From a virus, in IMG/VR virus record IMGVR_UViG_3300042197_003251, positions 1 through 64,000 of that record: a stretch of DNA of 64,000 bases. One strand, written 5' to 3'. Both the position numbers and the translations under genes were made by a program. The notes under the pieces were generated by a model that saw only the letters and a list, made by a program, of their open reading frames with translations, was not told the DNA's origin and did not search any database. Below, in pieces: positions 17,050-26,935 of this stretch (its first letter is position 1; each line of letters starts with the position of its first letter).

Positions 17050-17125
17050 ATATATCCACAAATATAATTGTTTTTGTCTAACTTTCAAAATATTTATATA
17101 AAAATAAAAACTAATTTTTTTAAAA

Positions 17126-17296
17126 ATGGTACAAAAAGAACAAGTATTAGGTTTAATTAGACACGCACTTACATTTATCGGTGGAGTCGTTGTTGCTAAA
17201 GGTTTAGCGACTGATAGTCAAATGATGGATATCGTTGGTATGACTATGACTCTTGTAGGTGCAGTATGGTCTGTTATGTCTAACAAAACTGCTTAA
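17126..17296 (+). CDS. putative holin-like small membrane protein (56 aa)
   Basis: MVQKEQVLGLIRHALTFIGGVVVAKG...VGAVWSVMSNK, two TM segments; resembles Pam3-gp28-type holins from memory. Confidence 0.7.
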   Translation: MVQKEQVLGLIRHALTFIGGVVVAKGLATDSQMMDIVGMTMTLVGAVWSVMSNKTA

Positions 17297-17319
17297 TTTA
17301 AAATTTACATTTTTTTAAA

Positions 17320-17352
17320 ATGTGGGGTGCCCGTATTGACACCCCACTTTTG
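17320..17352. terminator. bidirectional intrinsic terminator
   Basis: gtggggtg...caccccac stem between convergent genes. Confidence 0.75.
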
Positions 17353-17356
17353 TTTA

Positions 17357-18106
17357 TCAGATATATGTTTCAGCGAGTTCCCACAATTTTGTATTAATCA
17401 TTGTGTCCATAGTAAGAGATGTGATTGGTCTAACTGTACGAACGTTTGAGCCATTTCCTCTTACAAACCCACCGCGAATTAGTTTCTCCTGTATAACATT
17501 AAATGTATTCCAAAGTGTATCATCTTTATCACCATCACGAAGTGGGCTGATGATTGTTTCAAGTTGGAGTGTTGATACGTCTTCAACATTTTTCCAACGA
17601 ATTCCAATTGCTTTGTTTGCGAAGTCAATTTTCTTTTCGGTGTCCATTTTAACATCCATCATTTTAACAACCGACCTTTCAATAACTGGTGCCATTTTGA
17701 TGAAGTTTTCTGTAATTTGGTTAACCTCGTCCATCTGAATATTCATATGTCGTTGGTTTAGGTTACCAAAATCTTGCATTGGAACCACAAGTCCGTTTGA
17801 ACATACAAGTCGGAATAAACCAGCTCCGACTTGGAGTTTTGTTCTTCCATCATGTGAGTTAGTTATAATCGCTTCAACAAGTGAATCACCTACTTTTGGT
17901 AATTCGGAGTTACGGAGTCTCACCGAATGTTTCGCGTATTTGCTAATTCCAACTTGTTTTGCTCCTGATACTTCCCAACCTGCGTTCATAAATTGGTTTA
18001 CGACATCAATTGTTGGGACAACTGAATATCGGTCTGATAGTTTTGCAGCTTTTTCTGTGTTAAACACCGAAGGTGTTAGTGATTGTAGTTCTGATAGTGT
18101 AATCAT
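17357..18106 (-). CDS. DUF932/DUF945 family protein
   Basis: SDRYSVVPT, NSHDG, AGLFRLVCSNGLV, LWNTFNVIQE. Confidence 0.9.
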   Translation of the reverse strand: MITLSELQSLTPSVFNTEKAAKLSDRYSVVPTIDVVNQFMNAGWEVSGAKQVGISKYAKHSVRLRNSELPKVGDSLVEAIITNSHDGRTKLQVGAGLFRLVCSNGLVVPMQDFGNLNQRHMNIQMDEVNQITENFIKMAPVIERSVVKMMDVKMDTEKKIDFANKAIGIRWKNVEDVSTLQLETIISPLRDGDKDDTLWNTFNVIQEKLIRGGFVRGNGSNVRTVRPITSLTMDTMINTKLWELAETYI

Positions 18107-18179
18107 AATTTTATTGGTTTTAATTGTGAGTACAAATATACAACCAATAATTGATTCTCCAAACTTTTTTTAAAAAAAA

Positions 18180-18911
18180 TTACTTTTCTATTCTTGGGGG
18201 TTTAATTTTTTTTGTTTTTAAAACTTTTAATACCAAATCTCCTGTTCCCCATGTTTTCAGGTCAGAACTACATCCCGCAATTTTTTCAGCCCCAACGTCA
18301 TTTCTTAAACCATTAATAATACAAGGATATCTTTTATTTAAAAGTGTTTTAATTGTCGCCTCAATTCCAATATCTTTTGATGAATAATTTTTAACTCCAA
18401 CTTTATTGTAGTCAGATATTCTTGGGTCATCTTTCATGCCTTGTGTGGTGTTAAATGGGTTGTTTTTTGCCTTAGCTCCTTCTGCCTGTCTCCAAGCATA
18501 AAGAAATTTAAAATTTTCATCCGTGTATGGAGCATCAATTCCGTCAAGTATTTTTTTGTAAAAATCTTTGTCTGCAACTCCCTCTACATCAAATTTTGTT
18601 TCAACTTCTTTTTCTGAACTTTTTTCTCCCCTTGAAGTTTTTTCTTTTTTATAACCGACTTCTTTTTCTAATTCATCTCTTTCACTGGAAGTTAATTTTT
18701 TTAATTTATCTAACACACCTTCTTTATCATCCGAATCATCCGAACCTGTTATTTTGTTTATCATATCAATTGCCTTTCCACCTTTATCTTTTATAAAATT
18801 ATAAAGGTCAACAAACCAAAGCCCTTCATTAAGATTTTTATCTTCATTAATTTGATATAAATTTCTTATTTGTTTTTTTTCTTCTTCTGATATGATAATT
18901 CTTTTGCCCAT
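18180..18911 (-). CDS. putative virion protein with lysozyme-like domain
   Basis: IISEEEKKQI N-terminal tag; AWRQAEG...NNPFNTT...GVKNY motif. Confidence 0.6.
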   Translation of the reverse strand: MGKRIIISEEEKKQIRNLYQINEDKNLNEGLWFVDLYNFIKDKGGKAIDMINKITGSDDSDDKEGVLDKLKKLTSSERDELEKEVGYKKEKTSRGEKSSEKEVETKFDVEGVADKDFYKKILDGIDAPYTDENFKFLYAWRQAEGAKAKNNPFNTTQGMKDDPRISDYNKVGVKNYSSKDIGIEATIKTLLNKRYPCIINGLRNDVGAEKIAGCSSDLKTWGTGDLVLKVLKTKKIKPPRIEK

Positions 18912-18942
18912 AATTTTTTATTTATAAATATTATGAAAAATA

Positions 18943-18968
18943 AAAAACCCACCATTTGGTGGGTTTTA
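18943..18968 (-). terminator. intrinsic terminator after dnaK
   Basis: aaaacccacc-attt-ggtgggtttt. Confidence 0.85.
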
Positions 18969-18985
18969 ACTATTTTTAATTTATG

Positions 18986-20866
18986 TTATTTTGCCGAAAC
19001 TTCCTCAAAATCCACATCCTGGACTTCAGAGTTTGCATCACCTGTCATATTTGAAGCCATATCTTGAGCTTGTTGATACATCTTCATTGAAATATCTTGG
19101 AAGGTCTTATTTGTTTTTTCAACACATTCTTTGATTTTTTCAATGTTCTTGTCGGCGTTTGCCTTTTTAAGTTCATCAAGACTTTCATTAATTTGGGTTT
19201 TTTCTTCTTCTGAAATTTTATCTTCCAAATCTTTTAATGATTTTTCAACTTGGAATACAGTTGCGTCCCCAGTGTTAATTGTTTCAGCTTCTTCTTTTGC
19301 CAATTTATCTGATTCAGCATTTGCTTCAGCCTCTTGTTTCATCTTTTCAATCTCTTCTTTTGATAGTCCTGAAGATGATTCAATTCGGATATTTTGTTTT
19401 TTGTTTGTTCCCTTATCAAGAGCTGATACATTTATAATACCATTTGCATCAATATCAAACGATACTTCAATTTGCGGAACACCTCTCATTGATGGTGGAA
19501 TTCCATCAAGGTGGAACCTTCCGATTGTTCTATTGTCTTTCGCCATTGACCTTTCTCCCTGAAGAACGTGAATTTCAACTGATGGTTGATTATCAACTGC
19601 GGTTGAAAATACTTGGGAAGCTTTGGTTGGAATTGTTGTGTTTGCATTTATAAGTTTTGTAAACACTCCGCCCATCGTTTCAATTCCAAGTGATAATGGT
19701 GTTACGTCAAGAAGAAGAACATCTGTTACATCACCAGCAAGAACCCCTCCTTGAATTGCCGCTCCAAGAGCAACAACTTCATCAGGATTAACTCCTTTTG
19801 ATGGTTCTTTTCCGAAGAATTTCTTAACCGCATCTTGAATTGCCGGAATACGAGTTGAACCTCCAACCAAAATAATCTCATCAATATCGCTGATTTTTAG
19901 ATTTGCATTTGCCAATGCTTTTTTACAAGGTTCAATAGTTCTTTGAACTAATGGGTCAACAAGTTGCTCAAATTTAGCCTTTGTTAATGTTCTAACCAAG
20001 TGTTTTGGAACACCATCAACTGGCATAATGTAAGGAAGATTAATTTCTGTTGATTGTGAAGATGATAATTCAATCTTTGCTTTTTCTGCCCCTTCACGAA
20101 GACGCTGAAGAGCCATTGAATCTTGTGTTAAATCAATACCATTTTCATCTTTAAATTCTGAAACAAGCCAATCAATAATTGACTGGTCAAAGTCATCACC
20201 ACCAAGATGTGTATCACCATCGGTTGATAATACCTCAAACACACCATCACCTAAATCCAAAATGGATACATCGTGAGTTCCACCACCACAGTCAAATACA
20301 ACAATTTTTGAATCTTTTCCTTTCTTGTCAAGTCCATACGCAAGTGCTGCTGCTGTTGGTTCATTAATGATACGTTTTACTGTAAGTCCCGCAATTTCAC
20401 CAGCTTCTTTTGTTGCCTGTCTTTGGGCATCGTTAAAGTAGGCCGGTACTGTAATAACCGCCTCTGTAACTTCTTGTCCCAAATAATCTTCTGCGGTTTG
20501 TTTCATCTTTTGAAGAACAATTGCCGAAATTTCTTGGGGGCTATACTTTTTGTCATCAATTTGAACTCTTGGTGTATTACCCTCACCTTTAACTACTTTA
20601 TAAGGAACTCGTTTTGCTTCCTTTTTTGTTTCATCATAAGATGACCCCATAAAACGTTTAATTGAATTAACAGTTTTATCAGGATTTGTGACCGCTTGTC
20701 TTTTTGCTGGGTCACCAATCTTTCTTTCACCACCTTTTGTAAATCCTACGATTGAAGGGGTGGTTCTTTTTCCTTCACTGTTCGCAATAACTTTAGGTTC
20801 TCCGTTTTCCATAACGGCTACACATGAATTTGTAGTTCCTAAATCTACACCAATAATTTTTCCCAT
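18986..20866 (-). CDS. dnaK: molecular chaperone DnaK (Hsp70)
   Basis: [49 protein letters not shown]. Confidence 0.98.
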   Translation of the reverse strand: MGKIIGVDLGTTNSCVAVMENGEPKVIANSEGKRTTPSIVGFTKGGERKIGDPAKRQAVTNPDKTVNSIKRFMGSSYDETKKEAKRVPYKVVKGEGNTPRVQIDDKKYSPQEISAIVLQKMKQTAEDYLGQEVTEAVITVPAYFNDAQRQATKEAGEIAGLTVKRIINEPTAAALAYGLDKKGKDSKIVVFDCGGGTHDVSILDLGDGVFEVLSTDGDTHLGGDDFDQSIIDWLVSEFKDENGIDLTQDSMALQRLREGAEKAKIELSSSQSTEINLPYIMPVDGVPKHLVRTLTKAKFEQLVDPLVQRTIEPCKKALANANLKISDIDEIILVGGSTRIPAIQDAVKKFFGKEPSKGVNPDEVVALGAAIQGGVLAGDVTDVLLLDVTPLSLGIETMGGVFTKLINANTTIPTKASQVFSTAVDNQPSVEIHVLQGERSMAKDNRTIGRFHLDGIPPSMRGVPQIEVSFDIDANGIINVSALDKGTNKKQNIRIESSSGLSKEEIEKMKQEAEANAESDKLAKEEAETINTGDATVFQVEKSLKDLEDKISEEEKTQINESLDELKKANADKNIEKIKECVEKTNKTFQDISMKMYQQAQDMASNMTGDANSEVQDVDFEEVSAK

Positions 20867-21041
20867 AATTTTTTTTATTTAATAATAAAGTTTATTTTAA
20901 TGGAATCAAGTTCCAAAAAAATATTTCTTAAAAAATATGCCAAACTTACTAACCTGACAGATTGTCAGTGTTTTTTTTATTTTTATGACAATAATTAAAC
21001 TTAACGCTTTAATAATCGCCTACTGAAGATTAATGTCAGGA

Positions 21042-21335
21042 TTAATTTAAAATAATCATAAAATTAGTAACGGTTAGTACCATAAATATTAAAGGGTACC
21101 AATCACTTCTTTCAATTTGTTTTTTAGGTTTTAGACTTATTTCACCTTTTTTATTTGTAATAGTTTTATAATTAGTCATAGGAAAAACATTGTAATTCAC
21201 ATTAACTTCATCAAAACTAACAACCGCGGCTTTTAACTTTTTTACTCTATTTGACATTTCTAAGTTAGATGCATGTATAACTGAATCTTTTGTAATTTTT
21301 ACAGTAGTACTATCAATCCAATTACTTTGATTCAA
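21042..21335 (-). CDS. hypothetical protein with C-terminal TM
   Basis: 97-aa ORF; may be 5'-truncated. Confidence 0.5.
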   Translation of the reverse strand: MNQSNWIDSTTVKITKDSVIHASNLEMSNRVKKLKAAVVSFDEVNVNYNVFPMTNYKTITNKKGEISLKPKKQIERSDWYPLIFMVLTVTNFMIILN

Positions 21336-21782
21336 TTCATTATTTCAGGTTCTTATGAACAAGATTGGTCTTCACTTATTAATATTTGTAAAAAACTGAA
21401 AATAAATTACAAAATAGATAGATTCATTACAAATAAAAACCACAAGTATTCTAGATTCTTAATACATAGGAATGAAGATGTTCTGAATTTTGGAAACTTC
21501 ATATACTCAGGAAAAAATTTAGGTCTATCAAGAAAGTTTGGAAAATTTTTTGAGATTAAGCAATATATAATGGAGAAAAAAACAAACCTTTTTCAATGCT
21601 TTGACAAAAATAATATATTAATAAAGAATTTTGATTCTTTGAAATCCGCGTCTGACTGGATTAATAGAGGTAAGTATGTTGGCAGCTCAATTAATGACTG
21701 TATAATTGACCGCCAACCTACCGCATATGGTTATATGTGGAAAAAAATTAAAACTGAATTACCTCCCATTCACCAGTTTTGA
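21327..21782 (+). pseudogene. N-terminally truncated homing endonuclease (LAGLIDADG-like half plus NUMOD1)
   Basis: FIYSGKNLGLSRK and IKNFDSLKSASDWI...TAYGYMWK; TTG start only, no catalytic helix. Confidence 0.55.
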
Positions 21783-22443
21783 AGTCAAAATCAATAGTTA
21801 TTGGTTTCTGCATGTATTGATATTGTTCATCAAGCACTGAGGCGTTTATAAATAATGTTCCATTATCAAAAACAATATTACGCCCACTATGGATATGACC
21901 ACAAACGTGAATTTTAGGTTTGATTGTTTTAATACGATTGGTTAAAAGTTGACAACCAAGATTTTCATATGAACCAACAACTCTATCGTTATAACCAAAT
22001 GCCGGTCCGTGTGTTACCAAAATATCAACATCATCAGGTACCATATTCCATTTTTCACTTAACTCATTTCCGTTTCTTGGAAGATTAAATGCCCAACTAT
22101 GAAATTCTGGTTGCCAAGGACTACCATAAACTTTTATAAGTTCATCCAAATTTGGTGCAAAAGATAGATAATCGTCCTGAAGATAATTAATCCACTTATA
22201 AGAGTTTAAAATTTCTTCTGTTTCTAAAACTCTATCTTGAAATCCAAAATCGTGATTTCCAGCAATGAAAACTACTGTAGTATAGTTGTTCAAACCATTA
22301 AGCCACTTACAAAAGTTTTTAATTTCGTGTCTATGACCCATTGAAGATATATCACCGGCGTGAATGAGCAAATCTCCACCAGGTAAATCTTTAGTAATCT
22401 GATTGTGCTTATTGTGTGTATCTGATATGAATGTTATTCTCAT
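21748..22443 (-). CDS. metallophosphoesterase
   Basis: ISDTH, HAGD, AGNHD, THGP, CGHIH. Confidence 0.93.
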   Translation of the reverse strand: MRITFISDTHNKHNQITKDLPGGDLLIHAGDISSMGHRHEIKNFCKWLNGLNNYTTVVFIAGNHDFGFQDRVLETEEILNSYKWINYLQDDYLSFAPNLDELIKVYGSPWQPEFHSWAFNLPRNGNELSEKWNMVPDDVDILVTHGPAFGYNDRVVGSYENLGCQLLTNRIKTIKPKIHVCGHIHSGRNIVFDNGTLFINASVLDEQYQYMQKPITIDFDFKTGEWEVIQF

Positions 22444-22460
22444 ACCACAAATATAAGAAA

Positions 22461-23324
22461 TTAAATTAAATTAACCAAATCTTTAAATTGTTGTTTGTTG
22501 TCTTTAATCCATTTTAACATATCTGGACGAATTTTGTTTGAGTATGGTCCAAATATTTTTGAAATTTCATTTTCTTCTTGATTAATTGTTAAAAATTGGT
22601 CATATTCTTTTTGTGAAATTCTTGGAACCACAATATCAAATGTGTTTCCCTGTGTTCTAACCGCCGAACTTTTAATTCTAATTTGATGGCCTCCCTTTTG
22701 TTTTGGTGCCGAGCAATTTGAAGCTCTTGAAAAAACTTCAACAAATTGTTCTTTTGTAAAATAATGACTTCTTATTCTGTCAGGAAGTTTTGTTGAAACA
22801 CAAACAACATCGGCAATTATATTTTGTAGTATTAGTTTTTTAATGTCAACAATTTCTGGGTCTTCAATTAAAAATAAATTTGTTTCATTGTAGTCTGACA
22901 TTACCTTATTTACAATTTGATTTACGTTTTCTCCCATCTTTGATAAAACTGTTTTGTATCCACCAATAACTGGACTTTCTCCATCATCTTCAATATACTT
23001 TTGTTCAACCGTACCAATATCAACTCTGTAGTCCCAACTTCCTGATTTATCCTTGTTCAATTCTCCATTATAAATTCCACACATAAGTCCTTCAAAAGAA
23101 TGCCCTCTAATTTCTTTATATTTAACAATCCTGTTAATATAATCTTTCATTCTCATCTTATTAACCGTATCCAACTGGTTTAGGTCAGCAGTTTTTCCAA
23201 ATTCAAATGACATTCCATGTACCATCATAATTCTTTTAATAACTTCAGTTGCCTCTTGTTTAACAATAGGAATTGGGTTATATAAATAAAATTTGTTCTT
23301 ATCTTCTTTAATTACTTTTTTCAT
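22461..23324 (-). CDS. hypothetical protein, possible PD-(D/E)XK nuclease fold
   Basis: GHSFE...WD...VEQK; N-terminal VIKE. Confidence 0.5.
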   Translation of the reverse strand: MKKVIKEDKNKFYLYNPIPIVKQEATEVIKRIMMVHGMSFEFGKTADLNQLDTVNKMRMKDYINRIVKYKEIRGHSFEGLMCGIYNGELNKDKSGSWDYRVDIGTVEQKYIEDDGESPVIGGYKTVLSKMGENVNQIVNKVMSDYNETNLFLIEDPEIVDIKKLILQNIIADVVCVSTKLPDRIRSHYFTKEQFVEVFSRASNCSAPKQKGGHQIRIKSSAVRTQGNTFDIVVPRISQKEYDQFLTINQEENEISKIFGPYSNKIRPDMLKWIKDNKQQFKDLVNLI

Positions 23325-23632
23325 TTTCCAATAACTAATTCATTATAATTAAGCGTGTCCATTCCTTTCATGTCATCTGTTATTTCGTCATACATATAAG
23401 CTTTAACAACACTTGTAATTGATTGTTCGGCTTGAGCAATTTTGCTTTCCATCCAATCATCAAGTTCCTCATCTTCGGGCATTTCTTCCCACATTTTATA
23501 TGCAAGAGTTGCAATAATGAATAATTGTTGTTTTGCCATATAATTTCCATCCTTCCCCTCCTTAACTTCACCTTTGGTGATTGTTTCTTGGAGTTTCTTT
23601 AATTGGGATTCACTTAATATAAATTTTGCCAT
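23321..23632 (-). CDS. hypothetical protein, ILSESQL family
   Basis: MAKFILSESQLKKL; ELDDWMESKI. Confidence 0.75.
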   Translation of the reverse strand: MAKFILSESQLKKLQETITKGEVKEGKDGNYMAKQQLFIIATLAYKMWEEMPEDEELDDWMESKIAQAEQSITSVVKAYMYDEITDDMKGMDTLNYNELVIGK

Positions 23633-23664
23633 TTTTCTTTTTTTATATAAATAGATTGTTATAA

Positions 23665-23696
23665 CAAAAAAACAGGACCCGAAGGTCCTATTTTTA
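23665..23696. terminator. intrinsic terminator
   Basis: aggacc-cgaa-ggtcct stem (UUCG loop on minus strand) with U-tracts. Confidence 0.8.
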
Positions 23697-23749
23697 AGCC
23701 CATCCTCCGAAATTTGGAGGAGTCCACCACTTTGTTAAACAAAGATTAT

Positions 23750-24007
23750 TTAAGCCTTTAATTTTGCCAATACTTGTTCAGTATGAGTTACTTTGGTTGG
23801 GGTTGTGAATATTAAACACTCTTTAAGTATTTTGGAAGGAATTTGAATAAGAGTATCAGTCACATTAAAGTGATGAAACCCTTTATCTGAATCAATTGAC
23901 GCTTGAACCATTCCCAAAAATAATTTGGTCTGTGTAGCATCAGAAAAAGTTTCAGTCATTATCGTTCCAAATTCTGGATGTATTATGTTCAGAGTTGTAA
24001 TTTTCAT
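23750..24007 (-). CDS. hypothetical protein
   Basis: 85 aa; TATATTTG-N4-ATG. Confidence 0.75.
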   Translation of the reverse strand: MKITTLNIIHPEFGTIMTETFSDATQTKLFLGMVQASIDSDKGFHHFNVTDTLIQIPSKILKECLIFTTPTKVTHTEQVLAKLKA

Positions 24008-24043
24008 ACCACAAATATACGGCTAAATTATTGTTGAACCAAA

Positions 24044-24307
24044 TTATTTTTCAACTTTGACTATAAAATCAGTCTTGCTTTTTGAAAAATCTTCTTCTTT
24101 GATTTCATTCCAGGTTAATTCATTCAAAAAACTTTGAAAATCCTTATCCTTTATTTTTTTTAGGTATTTGAGTAAGTCCTCTTCCGTCGCATTAGGATTT
24201 ACCTCAAGAAATTGTTTGATTAAAGGGAACTTTTCCAAATCTACTATTTGGAGTTCTCTTACCCCTTTGTAGTAGTGCGATTCTACTACGCCAATTTTAA
24301 TTTCCAT
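24044..24307 (-). CDS. hypothetical protein
   Basis: 87-aa ORF. Confidence 0.7.
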   Translation of the reverse strand: MEIKIGVVESHYYKGVRELQIVDLEKFPLIKQFLEVNPNATEEDLLKYLKKIKDKDFQSFLNELTWNEIKEEDFSKSKTDFIVKVEK

Positions 24308-24351
24308 ATCAATAGATTGTTATCTATAAATATTTTTAAAATCGTTAATGT

Positions 24352-24645
24352 CTAATCTTGGTAAGTAAAATCTATATTAACTGATAGGGGTAAATTCGCA
24401 ATATCCTCATTACAAGTAAATCTGCCAGTATCACCGACTATAAAAATAATTTTCATAAGGTCATTATCTTGTAAGTCTGAATCCGTTTTAATGAAAACAT
24501 TTGTCTTAAATATTCGTCTATCTTCATCGTCAGACCATAGATAAACACCTTTATCATATTCAATATCAAGAACTTCAGTTTTTTCAAACTGCTTCTTAAC
24601 TTGTGAATTAATTATTTTGATATAATTTTTACTTATTTTATTCAT
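24352..24645 (-). CDS. hypothetical protein
   Basis: Start refined to MNKISK by TATATTTG-N4-ATG. Confidence 0.7.
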   Translation of the reverse strand: MNKISKNYIKIINSQVKKQFEKTEVLDIEYDKGVYLWSDDEDRRIFKTNVFIKTDSDLQDNDLMKIIFIVGDTGRFTCNEDIANLPLSVNIDFTYQD

Positions 24646-24661
24646 AGAGCAAATATACGGC

Positions 24662-24692
24662 AAAAAAAATGGTGAGCCAAAAGCTCACCTTA
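24662..24692 (-). terminator. intrinsic terminator of the tRNA-fMet transcript
   Basis: GGTGAGC-TTTTG-GCTCACC followed by U-tract. Confidence 0.85.
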
Positions 24693-24696
24693 TTTT

Positions 24697-24799
24697 TATA
24701 GTCCATAGTGTTCACATTTACCACTACGGAAGATTACGACCAGTCAAGTTGTGATTCTTACTTTATGTTGCCCGCAACAGGTGCAATCTACTTCTATAG
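24697..24799 (-). ncRNA. candidate ~100-nt structured RNA co-transcribed after tRNA-fMet
   Basis: TATAG/CTATA closing stem, AGATTGC/GTAATCT, TGTTGC/GCAACA, CCGTAGTG/CACTATGG. Confidence 0.45.
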
Positions 24800-24872
24800 T
24801 TGCAACTGAAGGATTCGAACCTCCGACCTTCAGGTTATGAGCCTGACGAGCTGGCCTCTGCTCTAAGTTGCG
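24800..24872 (-). tRNA. initiator tRNA-fMet(CAT)
   Basis: C1:A72 mismatch, TCAGG-CTCATAA-CCTGA anticodon arm, GGTTCGAATCC. Confidence 0.93.
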
Positions 24873-24984
24873 ATGTAATAGTTAAACATTAAATATCTAA
24901 CAATACAAATATACTAATAATTTTCACATTTGTCAATTTTTTTTAAAAATCGGTATTTTACTTTTTTTACGGATATTTATTAAT

Positions 24985-25140
24985 ATGAGACCAAGATTAG
25001 ACGAAACAAAAAAAAGAGTTAAAGTATCAATAACTCTTAGTCAAAAAATTAATAATAAATTAGAAGGAGACATAATTAACAAATCAAAATTAATTGAAAA
25101 ATTATTATCGGATTACTATGGTAAAAAAGATTTGCAGTAA
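24985..25140 (+). CDS. small ribbon-helix-helix-like DNA-binding protein (51 aa)
   Basis: MRPRLDETKKRVKVSITLSQKINNKLEGDIINKSKLIEKLLSDYY; TATTTAT-N4-ATG; overlaps HNH start. Confidence 0.75.
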   Translation: MRPRLDETKKRVKVSITLSQKINNKLEGDIINKSKLIEKLLSDYYGKKDLQ

Positions 25141-25801
25141 ATGTAGTATCGAAAAAAATACTAATGAGTTTCAAAAAAACAAATACTCCAAAGATGGATT
25201 CAGAAGTGAGTGCTCTGAGTGCTCCAAAAAAATAAAGAAACTAAAATCTAAAGAACTTATTAGAGAAGAATCAAAAAGATACAGAGAAAAAAATAGAGAA
25301 AAATTAAAGGAAAATTTCAAAATTTATTATATAAATAATAAGAAAAAAGAAAACGAACGAAGTAAAAAATATAGAGAAAAATTAAAAAACAACAAAGAAA
25401 ATGCGTTACCAGTAAAAAAAGAACCGTCAGTTCCTTGGAGGGTGAAAAACAAAAATTTGTTCAATAATAAAAAAAAAGAAAAATATCAAAAAGATATCAT
25501 CTTTAGGTTATCAACAAATCTTAGAAATAGGTTGAATAATTTTCTTAAAACAAAAGGTTATAATAAAAATAGTAAAACTTTTGAAATTATAGGTTGTTCC
25601 CCTCAACAACTATTAGAACATTTAGAAAACCAGTTTGTACCAGGTATGAGTTGGTCAAATAGAAATGAATGGCATATTGACCATATTATCCCCTTATCTT
25701 CAGCTAAAGATGAATCTGAAATATATAAATTATCTCATTACACAAATTTACAACCGCTATGGAAGGTGGATAATCTAAAAAAGGGTTGTAAGTTAATTTA
25801 A
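25118..25801 (+). CDS. HNH homing endonuclease with N-terminal Zn finger
   Basis: KICSKC...ECSEC; GMSWSN...WHIDHIIPLS...HYTNLQPLW..DNLKK. Confidence 0.9.
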   Translation: MVKKICSKCSIEKNTNEFQKNKYSKDGFRSECSECSKKIKKLKSKELIREESKRYREKNREKLKENFKIYYINNKKKENERSKKYREKLKNNKENALPVKKEPSVPWRVKNKNLFNNKKKEKYQKDIIFRLSTNLRNRLNNFLKTKGYNKNSKTFEIIGCSPQQLLEHLENQFVPGMSWSNRNEWHIDHIIPLSSAKDESEIYKLSHYTNLQPLWKVDNLKKGCKLI

Positions 25802-25802
25802 C

Positions 25803-26659
25803 GAAGCCTGAGATTACAGCTTTTATTGAGTACCTTTAGAGTCATTATTTTTTCTACTCTTATCCACAAGATTTTGTCTTGTATTACTCATCGCCAATTG
25901 GTTAGGCCAATCAATCCTTGACGATACAACTACTCTCTTACTACTCAGCTCTCTTTGAGAATGCCTTCCCAATTAATCCTTGCGAGATTAGAGGTTTTTC
26001 GTAAAAATACAGTTCAACTTGGGGTCTCACTATGCTCAGAACATCTCTAAGCTATGTGGGCGACTTCCGTTGTACCGTGATGGACACTTTTCCTTTAATT
26101 ATTTGTAATAATTTAAGTTTTGTGTCGTGGATGTGTCAGAGTAGTGGTCCACCGTAAGCTCCGTCTCCTTTTGGGCGACAGAATACTAAACTACTCCGTG
26201 AAATATCCCTATTTCCATACTCTCAGATTACTTCATAAAGTGACCTTGGTAGGTCATCCTTAGGGGTAGTAGCGACACCACTCGTTCTCTACCTTACCTT
26301 TCGGTTTTAAGTACCCTTTGGTATTGGGACCCGCAATTGTGTAGTTGGAGCTACATTTCTTGCTTGGTTCCTATGGGTTATTCTTGTTGGTGTTCCCACC
26401 TCAACCTGACAATCCACTTTGCCAAGTCACCTGACCACTTTCCCTACAGTGTTACCCTCGGTACTAAAGGTCTTGCGATATCCCACTTGTGTACTTGAGT
26501 TCAAATCCCCTTTCGGGTTTTTAAACCGCAACCTCCTCAACACGGGGGAAGTCACTTTATCCTACTTTCGTAGTTTATTTAAAGACCATACACGGCCCAT
26601 TATCGTTTATCAGTTATCATTATCCCGAAGGACTACTTTCACTGAATGGATAATCTAAC
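25803..26659 (-). ncRNA. GOLLD-like giant structured RNA (~860 nt)
   Basis: GC-enriched non-coding block next to a tRNA; GAAA, GCAA and UUCG-capped stems, repeated AGUA motifs; size and phage/tRNA context fit GOLLD; family assigned from memory. Confidence 0.7.
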
Positions 26660-26930
26660 TTTCAAAGAACTTTTCGGACATTTCCGATTTCGTTTTACAA
26701 ATTTAAGTCAAATTTTTCGTTCTGTCAAATTTTTCTTAAACTTTTTTTGAGATTTTGGATTTTTCATCGTTTATGAACCTTCATCTCAAATGTTTTACAA
26801 ATTTACTATCTTTTCTTTCGTATGTCAAGTACTTTTGTAATTTTTTTTTAGATTTAACTTCCGAGTATCTTTCATTACCTTTAGGTGTCAAATCTTTTAC
26901 AAATGTAAGTATAAATATTGTCAGAACAAG
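26660..26930 (-). promoter_or_regulatory. three tandem Bacteroidota-type promoters plus boxA-like element
   Basis: TAAATTTG 26698-705 and 26798-805, TACATTTG 26900-907; TTGACA 26723-28 and 26823-28; GTTCTTTGAAA 26660-70. Confidence 0.75.
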
Positions 26931-26935
26931 CAAAA

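Noticed and set aside
19131-20882. Several plus-strand ORFs inside dnaK (similar cases inside sbcC, sigma and DUF932)
   Set aside because: Antisense shadow frames of strongly supported genes
26690-26930. 100-bp periodic repeat as CRISPR array or iterons
   Set aside because: Only promoter elements are conserved between units; no identical 25-45 bp repeats and no cas genes
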